Shown piece by piece: positions 62,320 through 64,000 of a DNA stretch of 64,000 nt. The position numbers and the translations under genes were made by a program. This DNA is from Phoronis australis (taxonomy: Eukaryota > Animalia > Phoronida): positions 805,820-869,819 of the forward strand of contig NMRA01000050.1 of NCBI GenBank assembly GCA_002633005.1, given 5' to 3'. Positions within the stretch are counted from its first letter, which is position 1; the number at the start of each line of letters is the position of its first letter. The notes below the pieces were generated by a model, which did no database searches, had not been told where the DNA came from, and was given only the letters and a program-made list of their open reading frames with translations.

Positions 62320-64000
62320 TATTACCATTTCACCCATTGAACGTTCATAACTGACCGTTGGTCAGAGATTACGAAGGCACCAGTGATGACATAATTGCCT
62401 GATGCTAATACTCAAAACAGTTGACGACTTTAGCGACAATTTTTAGGTTGACATAAATAATTCAAATACTTTTTAATGAAACTTTCTCTTTCGTGCAATA
62501 TTTCAAGGCAATTTAGCTTTTAATCAAATTTGTTTTTTGAATTAAGGGTTCGAGATTGTATGAAGCGTTTGAATCGAAAATTATTGTTTATCTTTTAAGA
62601 CAAAAGCCTACATCACGGGAAAGGCATCAATGTCTGAAATACAAAAATGAAAAAATCATTAAGATCGCATTGTGCATTCAAAAGTTATCGCTATTTATGC
62701 GTCAAACTTTGACTTGCGATGTCAGCAGAATAGGATAAGGAATTTTAAAAGGTGCTTATAAACATTACTTTCAAAAATATTCCAGCAGTAAATTTTAGTA
62801 ACACATATCTTTACCTACCATTCTGTACAATCCAAGAGTTAACACCAGAATTTAATCACGCAGGTGTAACTTATTGAATTGAATGGTTAAAGTGCTCACA
62901 ATTCACGTTGGACAAGGCGACTTTTCTGAACTGAAAGGGAGGTTCACCCGGCTTCGTTGTCATCGGTGATGGTTTACCAATAATGCATTTGCAGACACAC
63001 TGCTACAAAAAGCAGTTTTGTACAGTTTTCCGGTGCTTGCGCCATAACTATTTTGAATCTTCCTCTTATTTCAATGCGAAGTGCCCATTCAATTGACCTG
63101 CATCCTGCTATTTTTTTCTGAAAATCAATTTCTGTTCAAGGTATGGTTTTTTGTCACAACAGGACACATGTTCTTCTATATTCTATGCACAAATTTCGAT
63201 TTTGATTCTTGCTTTGTATCTAGTTACTTTCTACTTCAAAATATATCAAAGCAACAAAGTGTGAAAAATCGTACATGTAGTTGATTGACAGAAGTGTTAC
63301 ATTTTGATTATGAAGTGAGAAGCTTAATACTCGATTTTTTCCGCGTCATTAAATCATATTATGTATTATCATGCTATTCAATTTTTAGTTGAAGGACGAA
63401 AACGTTTATGGTACTCAGTCCCCATGGTAACGATTATGCATGTATAATTTCATAGTTAACGTGAGCTTGATTTACCCTATATTGCTGAAAATTTCCAAAT
63501 TACATTCTTAGTAAGGCTGTTAGGATCATGTTAGTTTGCGTATTAATTTGTACTGAGATCACTTTGCCAGGTGTAAGCAGTAGCTACTATGACAATTTTG
63601 AAACCCGTGCGTCCAATAGTTTTAAGAGATGTCATTTTTATCTCTCCTAGGGGTGTGACAACAAGTGACGAAATCAGATTTGGGTGGAGTCGGTTGAACG
63701 ATTAGCATCATGTAAAACTGACAAAACTCAGATTAAAGAGACTTTATATATTAATGTACTAAGGTGGGTGTTTAAAGGGCACCAGTTAGCAGCTGACGGG
63801 GGGAGGGCTCATGTTAGACACATGAACGAATTTCCGAAGTGCTAAAACTGTCACTGGTGTGGCAGCATAGGTTAAACTCATTCGAAAGCATGCATGCGAA
63901 TAATAATAGTTTTTGACTTAATTAGAAGTATGACGTGGAAAACAAAAAACGACGCTAGAGTGCAGCATGTAAACGACGTTTCGATATTAATCAAATCCTC

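Overview
AT-rich, repeat-dense animal (probably marine invertebrate) genomic DNA with one assembly gap (N run 12427-13201). The only clear host gene is on the minus strand and is seen as five symmetrical phase-1 exons spread over ~36 kb. They encode an extracellular mosaic: kringle (41636-41908), an F-type-lectin/FTP-like domain split over two exons (41044-41238, 24373-24579), and two Ig-like domains (14851-15195, 6024-6347). The first and last exons were not found. The FTP domain appears to be interrupted by a ~16.5-kb GC-AG intron. The introns and flanks are packed with mostly decayed mobile DNA: a LINE with a 2A/StopGo motif (DVEENPGP) before its APE endonuclease, plus poly(A) and a TSD; a Polinton/Maverick (adintovirus-like) relic with pPolB, major capsid protein and adenain-like protease; two Kolobok-type THAP elements; ISL2EU-type elements; an Academ transposon; CR1/L2- and Ingi/RTE-like LINE fragments; a Penelope fragment with a minimal hammerhead ribozyme; and MITEs with 5-bp TSDs. 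All calls come from manual motif reading and no database searches were run.
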